Positions 1-9,970 of a stretch of DNA of 64,000 bases are shown here, one piece after another. The position numbers and the translations under genes were made by a program. Origin of the DNA: Candidatus Latescibacterota bacterium (GTDB lineage: Bacteria; Latescibacterota; CBDEFO01); contig OZ252149.1 in NCBI GenBank assembly GCA_965248755.1, positions 3,648,001 through 3,712,000 on the forward strand, given 5' to 3'. The notes under the pieces were generated by a model. That model saw nothing but the letters and a program-made list of their open reading frames with translations. It ran no database searches and was not told the origin of the DNA. Position 1 is the first letter of the stretch; the number at the start of each line of letters is the position of its first letter.

Positions 1-1557
1 ACGGTTGCTGTCTACAATCGGGGACACCTCATGATCGTCAGCCTGTCCTCACCTGTTCGGCAGAAGATACTCGAAATGGACGGCGTGGGCGAAGTTACAG
101 TAGAATGTGTCTGGGAGCCAGAGTGGACACCCGATCGTCTGTCGCAGAGAGCCAGAGATGTGCTCGGCTTTGAGAAGGACGATCCGGTTGAGGGGAGATT
201 GCACGTCAGGTCAGAAAAGAAGGCCGATCCAGATGCTAAGCCCCGCGATGAGAGGAGGCTCGAAAGGGATCGCCTTGTCGTCCCAAAGGATTCGTGGGAG
301 CTTGTCCAGCGGCTGCCGAAAGAGAAGTTCGTCAAATGGTGGGGAGGATGGCGATTCTTCAAACGATTCAAGGTTCAGGAAAGAGAGAGTCTTACCAGAC
401 GCAGTGAACCGATACATTTAGACTGCCTCTTCGATGGGGACCAAGTACGCGATATGGCAAAGGAGATCCGCATTGTAGAGGAAGGATCAGCAGAGGAAAT
501 CCCGTGTCAGGTCTATGCACAAAAGACGGACGACAGGATAAAGAGCTGTTCGATCGTCTTTTTGGCAGATATAGACGCAGGGGAGAGTAAGACCTATCTT
601 GTGCTCTACGGAAATCTCTCACCCGCCTGCTGGACGCCGTTGTATAGGACGGATTTAATAGTGAGGGGAGAGGAATACGCCTTAGAGATAGAAAATAGCT
701 ACTGCAGGGCGCGCCTTTCCCCTGTGATGGGTCAGCTGAGAGGCTTGGAGTTCATGAGATGGGGAGAGACTGTGCTAAGCTGGTACGAAGAGCCGACAAC
801 TATCAACATAACCGATGCGTTGAACGATCCCAAGAGCGGGTTAGACATCGCCGTGCACGGGGAACATACCTGCATACACTGGAATCCAGATTTCAGCAAT
901 CAACTCCGTTTTCGCATCACCCACTGGTCGGAACCACCGAACTACAAGGTGGTAAAGGGACCCATCTGCACAATAGTCAAGCGATGGGGTTATCCCGTAT
1001 CTCCGATCTATCCTGCCCTGCCGCAGACAGCTGCGACCATTGAAGTTACCTACACCTTTTACAGTGGACTGCCATATTTTACGATGGAATCCCGCCTCGA
1101 TGTCGAGGAGGAAGTGGACATAGCGGGCGTAAGGAACGACGAATGGCTCTTTGACGATTCTTTTACTCATACGCTGAGTATGATAGAGGGAGGAGAAATA
1201 GAGGTCTCCACCGAGGGGCAGTTCTTTGAGCAGAATAACCCCGCCCTTGTGGGCTTCTTCAACGAGAGACACAAAGATGCCTTTGCCTCTTTGAGACTCT
1301 CGTTCGACTCGCGGGGTTTCCCGGGGGCGTACGATCCGAAGGGTACCTATGTATCGATGAGGCCGGCAGAGGAAAAGATCTGGACCAGAACTGCGTTCCA
1401 GGCAGAGGATGGGACTTCAGCAATCCAATCTGGAGCAGAGATCGGGGAGTACAACGCCTATCTTCTCTACAACGCTGGAGAAGCAAAAGGGCATAATCAG
1501 GCAAGGGACTGGTACAATCTTCTGCGCCGACCTTTGAACGTGACAAATGCGCGATAA
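1..1557 (+). CDS. DUF59 (SufT/PaaD-like) domain fused to large uncharacterised C-terminal domain; 5'-partial, paralog of 1644..3368
   Basis: Frame open from window start; nearly identical to next ORF; VECVWEPEWTP motif of DUF59. Confidence 0.75.
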   Translation, partial: TVAVYNRGHLMIVSLSSPVRQKILEMDGVGEVTVECVWEPEWTPDRLSQRARDVLGFEKDDPVEGRLHVRSEKKADPDAKPRDERRLERDRLVVPKDSWELVQRLPKEKFVKWWGGWRFFKRFKVQERESLTRRSEPIHLDCLFDGDQVRDMAKEIRIVEEGSAEEIPCQVYAQKTDDRIKSCSIVFLADIDAGESKTYLVLYGNLSPACWTPLYRTDLIVRGEEYALEIENSYCRARLSPVMGQLRGLEFMRWGETVLSWYEEPTTINITDALNDPKSGLDIAVHGEHTCIHWNPDFSNQLRFRITHWSEPPNYKVVKGPICTIVKRWGYPVSPIYPALPQTAATIEVTYTFYSGLPYFTMESRLDVEEEVDIAGVRNDEWLFDDSFTHTLSMIEGGEIEVSTEGQFFEQNNPALVGFFNERHKDAFASLRLSFDSRGFPGAYDPKGTYVSMRPAEEKIWTRTAFQAEDGTSAIQSGAEIGEYNAYLLYNAGEAKGHNQARDWYNLLRRPLNVTNAR

Positions 1558-1643
1558 GACAGATTGACGTGTGTCTCAGATGTAGCGACGACCTCACCCC
1601 ACTATGTCTATTCATGGTGGCGATATAGTTAGGAGACTGAATT

Positions 1644-3368
1644 ATGATTACTGAGCAGGCGGTCTGGAAGCAATTGGACGAACTTAAAGATCCGATGTTC
1701 GTCAAGGAACTTAGAAGGTTCCTCAATGATCCGACATTAGGTTCACCTCTGAGTGTGGTGGATGTCGGATTGATATATGACGTTAAGGTCCAGGACAAGG
1801 ATGTACACGTCACGGTCGCTGTCTACAATCGGGGGCACCTCATGATCGTCAGCCTGTCCTCACCCGTACGCCAGAAGATACTGGAAATGGACGGCGTGGG
1901 CGAAGTTACAGTAGAATGTGTCTGGGAGCCAGAGTGGACACCCGATTGTCTGTCGCAGAGAGCCAGAGATGTGCTCGGCTTTGAGAAGGACGATCCGGTT
2001 GAGGGGAGACTGCACGTCAGGTCAGAAAAGAAGGCCGATCCAGATGCTAAGCCCTTCGATGAGAGGAGGCTCGAAAGGGATCGCCTTGTCGTCCCAGAGG
2101 ATTCGTGGGAGCTTGTAGAGACCTTGCCCAAAGACAAGTTCGTCAAATGGTGGGGAGGATGGCGATTCTTCAAACGATTCAAGGTTCAGGAAAGAGAGAG
2201 TCTTTCCAGACGCAGCGAACCGATACATTTAGACTGCCTCTTCGATGGGGACCAATTACGCGATATGGCAAAGGAGATCCGCATTGTAGAGGAAGGATCA
2301 GCAGAGGAAATCCCATGTCAGGTCTATGCACAAAAGACGGACGACAGGATAAAGAGCTGTTCGATCGTCTTTTTGGCAGATATAGACGCAGGGGAGAGTA
2401 AGACCTATCTTGTGCTCTACGGAAATCTCTCACCCGCCTGCTGGACGCCGTTGTATAGGACGGATTTAATAGTGAGGGGAGAGGAATACGCCTTAGAGAT
2501 AGAAAATAGCTACTGCAGGGCGCGCCTTTCCCCTGTGATGGGTCAGCTGAGAGGCTTGGAGTTCATGAGATGGGGAGAGACTGTGCTAAGCTGGTACGAA
2601 GAGCCGACAACTATCAACATAACCGATGCGTCGAACGATCCCAAGAGCGGGTTAGACATCGCCTGGCACGGGGAACATAACTGTATACACTGGAATCCAG
2701 ACTTCAGCAATCAACTCCGCTTTCGCATCACCCACTGGTCAGAACCGCCGAACTACAAGGTGGTAAAGGGACCCATCTGCACAATAGTCAAGCGATGGGG
2801 TTATCCCGTATCTCCGATCTATCCTGCCCTCCCGCAGACAGCTGTGACCGTTGAAGTTACCTACACCTTCTACAGTGGACTGCCATATTTTACGATGGAA
2901 TCCCGCCTCGATGTAGAGGAGGAAGTGGACATAGCGGTCGTAAGGAACGACGAATGGCTCTTCGACGATTCTCTTACTCATACGCTGAGTATGATAGAGG
3001 GAGGAAAAATAGAGGTCTCCACCGAGGGGCAGTTCTTTGAGCAGAATAACCCCGCCCTTGTGGGCTTCTTCAACGAGAGAGGCAAAGATGCCTTTGCTTC
3101 TTTGAGACTCTCGTTCGATTCGCGGGGATTCCCGGGGGCGTACGATCCGCAGGGTACCGGTGTATATTTGAGGTCGGCAGGCCAAAAGATCTGGTCCAGA
3201 GCTGCGTTCCAGGCAGAGGATGGGGGTTTAGCAATCCAATCTGGAGCAGAGATCGGGGAGTACAACGCCTATCTTCTCTACAACGCTGGAGAAGCAAAAG
3301 GACATAATCAGGCAAGGGACTGGTATAATCTACTGCGCCGACCTTTGAACGTGACACAAGGAGGATAG
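1644..3368 (+). CDS. DUF59 (SufT/PaaD-like) domain fused to large uncharacterised (possibly beta-sandwich) domain
   Basis: 574 aa; DP..SVVDVGLIYDVKV..VWEPEWTP N-terminal DUF59 signature; RBS AGGAG upstream. Confidence 0.75.
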   Translation: MITEQAVWKQLDELKDPMFVKELRRFLNDPTLGSPLSVVDVGLIYDVKVQDKDVHVTVAVYNRGHLMIVSLSSPVRQKILEMDGVGEVTVECVWEPEWTPDCLSQRARDVLGFEKDDPVEGRLHVRSEKKADPDAKPFDERRLERDRLVVPEDSWELVETLPKDKFVKWWGGWRFFKRFKVQERESLSRRSEPIHLDCLFDGDQLRDMAKEIRIVEEGSAEEIPCQVYAQKTDDRIKSCSIVFLADIDAGESKTYLVLYGNLSPACWTPLYRTDLIVRGEEYALEIENSYCRARLSPVMGQLRGLEFMRWGETVLSWYEEPTTINITDASNDPKSGLDIAWHGEHNCIHWNPDFSNQLRFRITHWSEPPNYKVVKGPICTIVKRWGYPVSPIYPALPQTAVTVEVTYTFYSGLPYFTMESRLDVEEEVDIAVVRNDEWLFDDSLTHTLSMIEGGKIEVSTEGQFFEQNNPALVGFFNERGKDAFASLRLSFDSRGFPGAYDPQGTGVYLRSAGQKIWSRAAFQAEDGGLAIQSGAEIGEYNAYLLYNAGEAKGHNQARDWYNLLRRPLNVTQGG

Positions 3369-3397
3369 ACCAAGGAGGATAGACCAAGGAGGATAGA
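3357..3397 (+). repeat. 3x tandem 14-bp repeat CAAGGAGGATAGAC containing Shine-Dalgarno (third copy 13 bp)
   Basis: Directly visible between the upstream stop and ATG 3400. Confidence 0.9.
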
Positions 3398-3399
3398 AG

Positions 3400-4395
3400 A
3401 TGAATGCAGATAAGATCGAAGTTGAGGGTTTCGAAGCCCTGCGTCTGGAGGACGAAGACATAAAATTAGAGGTCATCCCCTCAATCGGTGGAAAGGTCGT
3501 ATCTTTAGTCTACAAAGAGACCGGATACGACTTTATGTGGAGGAATCCCTATGTTAAACTTAAGACTCCCAAGTACGGAGATCCCTACCCAGATTACGAT
3601 GTAAGCGGCGTGGACGAATGTTTCCCGACCATAGGGGAATGCCACTATCCTGAATATCCCTGGAGGGGAGTCATCGCCCCGGATCACGGCGAAGTATGGG
3701 CGCTCCCCTGGGACTACGAAATAACGGAAAAGGGTGTGAGAATGTGGGTCTACGGAGTACGCTTCCCCTATATGTTCGAGCGCACTTTGCAGCTTGAGGG
3801 CGGCGGCAAGATCATGATGGATTACAAGGTCGAGAACCTCTCGCCGCTCGAATTTAAGTACAACTGGGCGATTCATCCTATCTTCAAATCCGAGCCTAAA
3901 CTTAAGATCCTTCTGCCCGACGGCGTGAAGGTAAGGACGGACTGGGGAGTCGGCTTCAGATTGGGTAACTTCTTCACGGTCCACGACTGGCCCATCACAA
4001 AGGACAAGGACGGAAGGGAAGTCGATCTAAGCGTGGTAGAAGGTCCGGATTTGGGGGCAGGAGATAAGATTTTCACCGAAAAGCTGGATGAGGACGAAGG
4101 TTGGTGCGCCTTGCACTACACGGACGAACACTTCGTCGGATTTGGCTTTTCGCCCTCCGAGATACCCTACATCGGCGTGTGGACGAACCAGGGCGGCTAT
4201 CCCCTTGAGGGCAAGGCTCACTTCAACGTTGCGCTCGAGCCGTGTCTGGGATATCCCGACAGAATCGACATCGCAGTAATAAGGGGTGAACACGCCACTT
4301 TAGGGCCCAAAGCCCAGGCCAACTGGAGGATGATGCTCGTCGTAGGAAAGGCGGAGAAGATCAGAGGAATTACGCCAGATGGAGTGGTGAGGTAG
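3400..4395 (+). CDS. Aldose 1-epimerase / galactose mutarotase-like protein
   Basis: GGKVVSL, GVDECFPT, DHGEVW, WAIHP, ALEP motifs. Confidence 0.7.
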   Translation: MNADKIEVEGFEALRLEDEDIKLEVIPSIGGKVVSLVYKETGYDFMWRNPYVKLKTPKYGDPYPDYDVSGVDECFPTIGECHYPEYPWRGVIAPDHGEVWALPWDYEITEKGVRMWVYGVRFPYMFERTLQLEGGGKIMMDYKVENLSPLEFKYNWAIHPIFKSEPKLKILLPDGVKVRTDWGVGFRLGNFFTVHDWPITKDKDGREVDLSVVEGPDLGAGDKIFTEKLDEDEGWCALHYTDEHFVGFGFSPSEIPYIGVWTNQGGYPLEGKAHFNVALEPCLGYPDRIDIAVIRGEHATLGPKAQANWRMMLVVGKAEKIRGITPDGVVR

Positions 4396-4428
4396 TTCTT
4401 ATGTGGTCTTATTATCAGGTACAGGTAA

Positions 4429-7143
4429 ATGGCTGGACATAGTCGACATTGCAGTGTACTGATTATCTTTCTTTTGATGGTATCCGCTTCTGTTGTTTAT
4501 GCGGAGATAAAGAGAGATACTGCACTGACAGAGCCTCTTGAGGTACCTCGACAACTTTCCAAAAAGGGAGACACCGGTCGACACACTGCGGACTCGCTTC
4601 GTACATTACCCAAAAGCGAAGGTACAGAGGCGGGTAGCTCTCTGAAGTCTTTCCTTCAATACATATTTAAGGGACTCAACTACATTGTCAAAAATGCAAT
4701 TAGTATAGTAGTTTCAGTTCTTTTTATTTTATTACTTATTTCCACTTATTTAGAGTTCAAGAGAGACGCTGCGCTGATAGAGCCTTTTGAGGTACCTCAA
4801 CAACTTGAGGAACAGGGCTATACCGGTAGGGTCATCGCAAACAAATTAAATGACCAACTTGACCTCATAAGAACAACCGTACCCACCAGCATGGAAGGCC
4901 TGCAATTCATCACCGGCTTGTCTCAGAAATCGGACCCAATAGAAGTGCCAGTTACGGATAACCAGGAGTTCACCGTCGACTTCCCTCAGATATCACGCGG
5001 AATGGAAGTGGAAGTGGCTGGTATTTCCCTGAGGTTTTTCTTTAGATACATCAAAGAGTATTTCAAACGCTCAACCCGGATCGTCGGCGAAGTGGTTCTG
5101 CAAGGAAGTTCGCTCAAAGTAACCGCTCGTGTTAGTGAAAAGGCTACTAAACCTATTCCCGGAAAGTTGGAAGATCTGGACCAAATTCTGCTTCAAGCCG
5201 CGGAACACATTTACAAATATATTCAACCTTCCATTTTAGCGTCGTATCAATATAACATTGATGATACTGACGAAAAAGACGCCTGTCTTGAGACCATACA
5301 ACATATTCTTCGCTATGGTCCAGATAAAGACCACCCCCGGGCGTACAATCTGTGGGGTAATGTGTTGTATGACCAGAAAGATTACGAGAGAGCGATTGCC
5401 AAGTATCATAAGGCCACCAATCTCGACCCAAAATATGCCTATGCATACTATAACTGGGGTAATGTGTTGCACGCCCAGATGAATTATGAGGAGGCAATTG
5501 CCAAGTATAAGAAGGTCGTCAAACTCGACAAAAAATATATCGATGCATACAACAAGTGGGGCCTTGTGTTGTATTATCAAGGAAAATTCAAAAAGGCAAT
5601 TGCCAAGTATAAGAAGGCTATCAAACTCGATCCCCAAAATGTCTATGCATTCTACACCTGGGGCCTTGCTTTATATTACCAGGGAGATTATGAGGAGGCA
5701 ATTGACAAGTATGACAAAGCCATCGAACTCAACCCAGAATTTACCGATGCGTACAACAACTGGGGCGTTGCGTTAGCCGCTCAGGGGGATAATGAGGGTG
5801 CAATTGACAAGTATGAGAAAGCCATCGAACTCAACCCAGAGTATGCCCTTGCATACTACAACTGCGGCTTTACGTTGTACAAATTGGGACAACACAATGA
5901 AGCAATTGACAGGTATAAGAAGGCCGTCGAACTCGATCCCCAATATACCGATGCGTACATCGGCTGGGGCGTTGCGTTAGCCGCTCAGGGGGATAATGAG
6001 GGTGCAATTGTCAAGTATGAGAAAGCCATCGAACTCAACCCAGAATATGCCCTTGCATACTACAACTGCGGCTTTACGTTGTACCAATTGGGAAAATACG
6101 ACGAAGCAATTGACAGGTATAAGAAGGCCGTCCAACTCGACCCCCAATATACCGATGCGTACAACAACTGGGGCCTTACGTTAGCCGCTCAGGGGGATAA
6201 TGAGGGTGCAATTGTCAAGTATGAGAAAGCCATCGAACTCAACCCAGAATATGCCCTTGCATACTACAACTCGGGCGTTGCATTAGCCGCTCAGGGGGAT
6301 AATGAGGGTGCAATTGTCAAGCATGAGAAAGCCATCGAACTCAACCCAGAGTATGCCCTTGCATACTACAACTGCGGCTTTACGTTGTACCAATTGGGAA
6401 AACACGACGAAGCAATTGACAGGTATAAGAAGGCCGTCGAACTCGATCCCCAATATACCGATGCGTACATCGGCTGGGGCGTTGCGTTAGCCGCTCAGGG
6501 GGATAATGAGGGTGCAATTGTCAAGTATGAGACGGTCATCGAACTAGATCCTCAAAATGCCGATGCATATCTCGGCTGGGGCGTTGCGTTAGCCGCTCAG
6601 GGGGATAATGAGGGTGCAATTGTCAAGTATGAGACGGTCATCGAACTAGATCCTCAAAATGCCGATGCATATCTCGGCTGGGGCAATGCGTTAGCCGCTC
6701 AGGGGGATAATGAGGGTGCAATTGTCAAGTATGAGAAAGCCATCGAACACACCCGAGAATATGCCCTTGTATACTACAACTGGGGCAATGCGTTGGCTGC
6801 TCAGAGGAATAATGAGGGGGCAATTGACAAGTATGAGAAAGCCATTGAACTCGACCCAGAATATACCCTTGTATACTACAACTGGGGCCTTGCCTTGTAT
6901 TACCAGGGAAAATACGATGAAGCAATTGACAAGTATCAGAAGGCTGTCCAACTATACCCAGAATATACGGATGCATATAACAACTGGGGAATTGCGTTAG
7001 ACGCCCAAGGGGATTATGAAGGGGCAATTGGCAAGCTTGTGAAGGCTATCGATCTCGATCCAGAAGATGCCCTTGCATACAACAACTGGGGTTTTACGTT
7101 GTTTCACTTGGGAAAACACGAAGAGGCGATTAACAAGTTTTAG
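4429..7143 (+). CDS. Membrane-anchored tetratricopeptide-repeat protein; probably truncated by premature TAG (TPR frame continues to 7329)
   Basis: N-terminal hydrophobic segments; ~17 34-aa repeats (AYNNWG..AI.KY.KAIELDP). Confidence 0.85.
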   Translation: MAGHSRHCSVLIIFLLMVSASVVYAEIKRDTALTEPLEVPRQLSKKGDTGRHTADSLRTLPKSEGTEAGSSLKSFLQYIFKGLNYIVKNAISIVVSVLFILLLISTYLEFKRDAALIEPFEVPQQLEEQGYTGRVIANKLNDQLDLIRTTVPTSMEGLQFITGLSQKSDPIEVPVTDNQEFTVDFPQISRGMEVEVAGISLRFFFRYIKEYFKRSTRIVGEVVLQGSSLKVTARVSEKATKPIPGKLEDLDQILLQAAEHIYKYIQPSILASYQYNIDDTDEKDACLETIQHILRYGPDKDHPRAYNLWGNVLYDQKDYERAIAKYHKATNLDPKYAYAYYNWGNVLHAQMNYEEAIAKYKKVVKLDKKYIDAYNKWGLVLYYQGKFKKAIAKYKKAIKLDPQNVYAFYTWGLALYYQGDYEEAIDKYDKAIELNPEFTDAYNNWGVALAAQGDNEGAIDKYEKAIELNPEYALAYYNCGFTLYKLGQHNEAIDRYKKAVELDPQYTDAYIGWGVALAAQGDNEGAIVKYEKAIELNPEYALAYYNCGFTLYQLGKYDEAIDRYKKAVQLDPQYTDAYNNWGLTLAAQGDNEGAIVKYEKAIELNPEYALAYYNSGVALAAQGDNEGAIVKHEKAIELNPEYALAYYNCGFTLYQLGKHDEAIDRYKKAVELDPQYTDAYIGWGVALAAQGDNEGAIVKYETVIELDPQNADAYLGWGVALAAQGDNEGAIVKYETVIELDPQNADAYLGWGNALAAQGDNEGAIVKYEKAIEHTREYALVYYNWGNALAAQRNNEGAIDKYEKAIELDPEYTLVYYNWGLALYYQGKYDEAIDKYQKAVQLYPEYTDAYNNWGIALDAQGDYEGAIGKLVKAIDLDPEDALAYNNWGFTLFHLGKHEEAINKF

Positions 7144-7453
7144 AAAGCTATCGATCTTGATCCAAAAAATGCCAATACATATGACAGCTGGGGCGCAGTG
7201 TTGCGCGCTCAAGGGGATAAGAAGGGGGCAATTGACAAGTTTCAGAAGGTCATCGAACTCGATCCTGGCGGGGAACTCGCCACGGATGCAAGAAAAGCAA
7301 TTAATGAATTGAGAGGAGAAATAAGTTAAGGTATATATCAGGTTAAAAAAAGCGCTTGGGCAGGATTTTGGAAAAAAGTTGACAAATACTATATTTTGGA
7401 TTAAATTTAAGGCTGATGGGTATGACGACGTGTTGCTCTGGTTTGTTTTACCC

Positions 7454-7469
7454 TGTGACGTGCATCACG
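7454..7469. promoter_or_regulatory. CRP/FNR-family-like site TGTGA-N6-TCACG
   Basis: TGTGACGTGCATCACG; related copy with shared flank at 12502-12517. Confidence 0.4.
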
Positions 7470-7515
7470 ACACGGATGTCTGCTTTTAATTATATTTGAT
7501 ATTGAGCTTACGTTT

Positions 7516-7935
7516 TGTACTGCCCCCCTGGAAAGCGACACCGATTAAGCAACTTGGGGTAGCAGATATTATTGTTTTCTCCATTCTTGCAGGGTCTTGT
7601 ATCCCAGGGATGAATGAAGACGGTTCTTGTCGTAATTATCGATCCACTGAGATATGATCTTCTCAGCTTGCTCAAAGGATTCGAAGCTGTGAAGTCAAAC
7701 ACACTCTTGCTTGAGGGTCCTGAAAAAACGCTCTACAACACCGTTCCAATCGGCCTTTCCGCTCGGAACATATTCTTGACAAACCCCTAATATTCGGTAC
7801 TTACCAAATAGGATCTAGAAAGAAAGATCGAACCGTTGTCCAGCGCTAGCCGTCTTCTGCTCTGGCGCTGACATCTTGCCCTTCGCGAACCCCGATTTAC
7901 AGAATATCTGTCGTTCTGTGAAGGGGAACGGTATG
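7516..7935 (-). mobile_element. Internally deleted IS3-family element (420 bp, divergent variant)
   Basis: Both termini of the local IS (TGTACTG... / ...GGTATG) with only orfB 3' end and orfA 5' remnant. Confidence 0.85.
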
Positions 7936-8758
7936 ATATGGCAACCACCCATCTTCGATTATCGCACCTATCTTCGATTATAAATAGCCTTCTTGTTTCA
8001 GTTATTACTACCTGCTAACAATTCCTTATTAACATCCCAACCACTTCTCTGCAGTGCTTCTTCTTGTCCGGTAATACTATCCTTATGAACCGCAATGCAA
8101 AGGAGACGAGATGGACGTGACATCCCTACAAAAGCCATTTTTAGATTTTGAATTACTCTTTCTTTTGGCTTAGTATGCTCTCCCTTTATATAATTTATTA
8201 TTCGCTTAATGTCATAGTCATAAAAGAAAGTTTCAAGGTAACATGTTGCCGTATGGGTTTCGCCTTTGACACCATGAATAGTTGAAACTTCTATGTCGAT
8301 ATCAGTTGTTCCAGAAGAATATTTGTAGATGTTATTGCTCGAATGGGTTTCTTCATCATCCGCTTCCAAATCTGATGAATTTATAAAGATTGTAAGTTCA
8401 ACATTCACCTGATAATTAAAAAACTCCTTAAATTCATTGGTTAGATAATGTTTTATTTCTTCAAAAACTTCTTCTTGCCTGTGTATCTTCAAACACCAAT
8501 TGGCGAGCCTTACCCTAAAATCCTGGTAAAAATCCGAGTTTTTTTCTGATATATATTTATGCAGTTTTTTCTCTGTGAATGCCCTTCCATCGTCAGTTAC
8601 TCCTGCAATTCTTAAGCACTTTAAGAAAGCTTCCCCTAACCTCTTCTTGTAAAAATTAACTCCATTAGATGAAATAAAACTATCAGATTGTGGAGCTAAA
8701 TAACTTTTTAGCATACCGCTCCCCTTGACAGGGCGACAAATATTTTGCAAATTGGGGT

Positions 8759-9088
8759 TTGAGAAAGGAGGTCAAGGTGTCAAGCCCCGAAGTGAAAGAT
8801 GGTAAGCGCTGGACGGCGACCCGTAAGGTAGAGGTGGTGTTGGCTGTTTTGAAAGGAGCGAATGTATCAGAGGTGTGTTGGAAGAATGGAATTAGCCAGT
8901 CACAGGCGTATGCTTGGCGTGATAGTTTCTTGGAAGGAGGCCAGGAGAGTCTGAAGTCTCGGCGTGGTCGCAAGGATGCGAAGGAGCGGGAGGTCAGCCG
9001 GTTGGAGCGTAAGGTAGGGCACTTAACCCTCCAGTTGGAGATACTCGAGGAGGTAGCCCGTCTAAAAAAAACGAAGCGGTTGCCTTGA
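8759..9088 (+). CDS. IS3-family transposase OrfA (HTH)
   Basis: HTH + coiled coil; A8 slippery run near 3' end. Confidence 0.85.
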   Translation: MRKEVKVSSPEVKDGKRWTATRKVEVVLAVLKGANVSEVCWKNGISQSQAYAWRDSFLEGGQESLKSRRGRKDAKEREVSRLERKVGHLTLQLEILEEVARLKKTKRLP

Positions 9089-9970
9089 GTGAGCGGTTTT
9101 TGGGTCGAGGCTATTCCCGGAAGGTGGTAGCTTTGGCTTTGGGTTTGCATCGTTCGACTCTGTGTAGGCTTAGGTATAGAGGTGTCAGTTCTTCTGTCGA
9201 AGAGTCTGTGATAGATGAACAGCTTGCTTTTCGTATTCGAGGGATACTCGACCAAGAAGAGGCATTTGGTCACAGGCGGGTTTGGGCGCATCTTCGTTTC
9301 AAGGAAGGGGCATATGTCAACATCAAGAAGGTTCATAGGATAATGAAGCTTAAGGGGTGGCAGTGTAAGCTGTGGAATCCCCGATAGAATCAATCGGGGA
9401 CCCCGGGAGAAAGGGGCCACAGGTTGCCCAGAAGCGTTCTGTGATGGATCGTCCTGACAGTCTCTGGTCGGCTGACTTGACCAAGATCTATTGTGGGGAA
9501 GATGGTTGGTGTCCTCTTATTGCGGTGGTGGACAACGGGAGTCGGGAGGTTCCCCGGGTATCGTTTTAGTCGAAAAGGGAGGGCACTGGAGGCCACAGAT
9601 GCCCTGGATCGGGCCGTGATCTCTCGATACACTTCCTAAGGAGGCTGTCCCCCAGGGTCTCACTTTGCGCTCTGACAACGGCTCCATCTTTTTGTCTCGG
9701 ACCTATTTGGCAAGTACCGAATATTGGGACATTCGTCAAGAATATATTCCGAGCGGAAAGGCCGATTGGAACGGGGTCATAGAACGTTTTTTCAGGACCC
9801 TCAAGCAGGAGTGTGTGTGGCTTCACAATTTCAAGTCCTTTGAACAAGCTGAGAAGATCATATCTCAGTGGATCGATAATTACAACAAGAACTGGCTTCA
9901 TTCATCTCTGGGATACAAGACCCCGGAAGAGTGGAGAAAACAATTTTATCTGCTACCCCAAGTTGCTTAA
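9085..9970 (+). pseudogene. IS3-family OrfB (DDE), frameshifted
   Basis: Three fragments matching intact OrfB at 11214-12077. Confidence 0.85.

Noticed and set aside
1..3368. DGR template/variable repeat pair
   Set aside because: Differences are not adenine-specific, many are synonymous, and both copies are full genes; the RT lacks DGR context
5740..6750. CRISPR array
   Set aside because: Periodic repeats are in-frame TPR codons with no unique spacers; no cas genes
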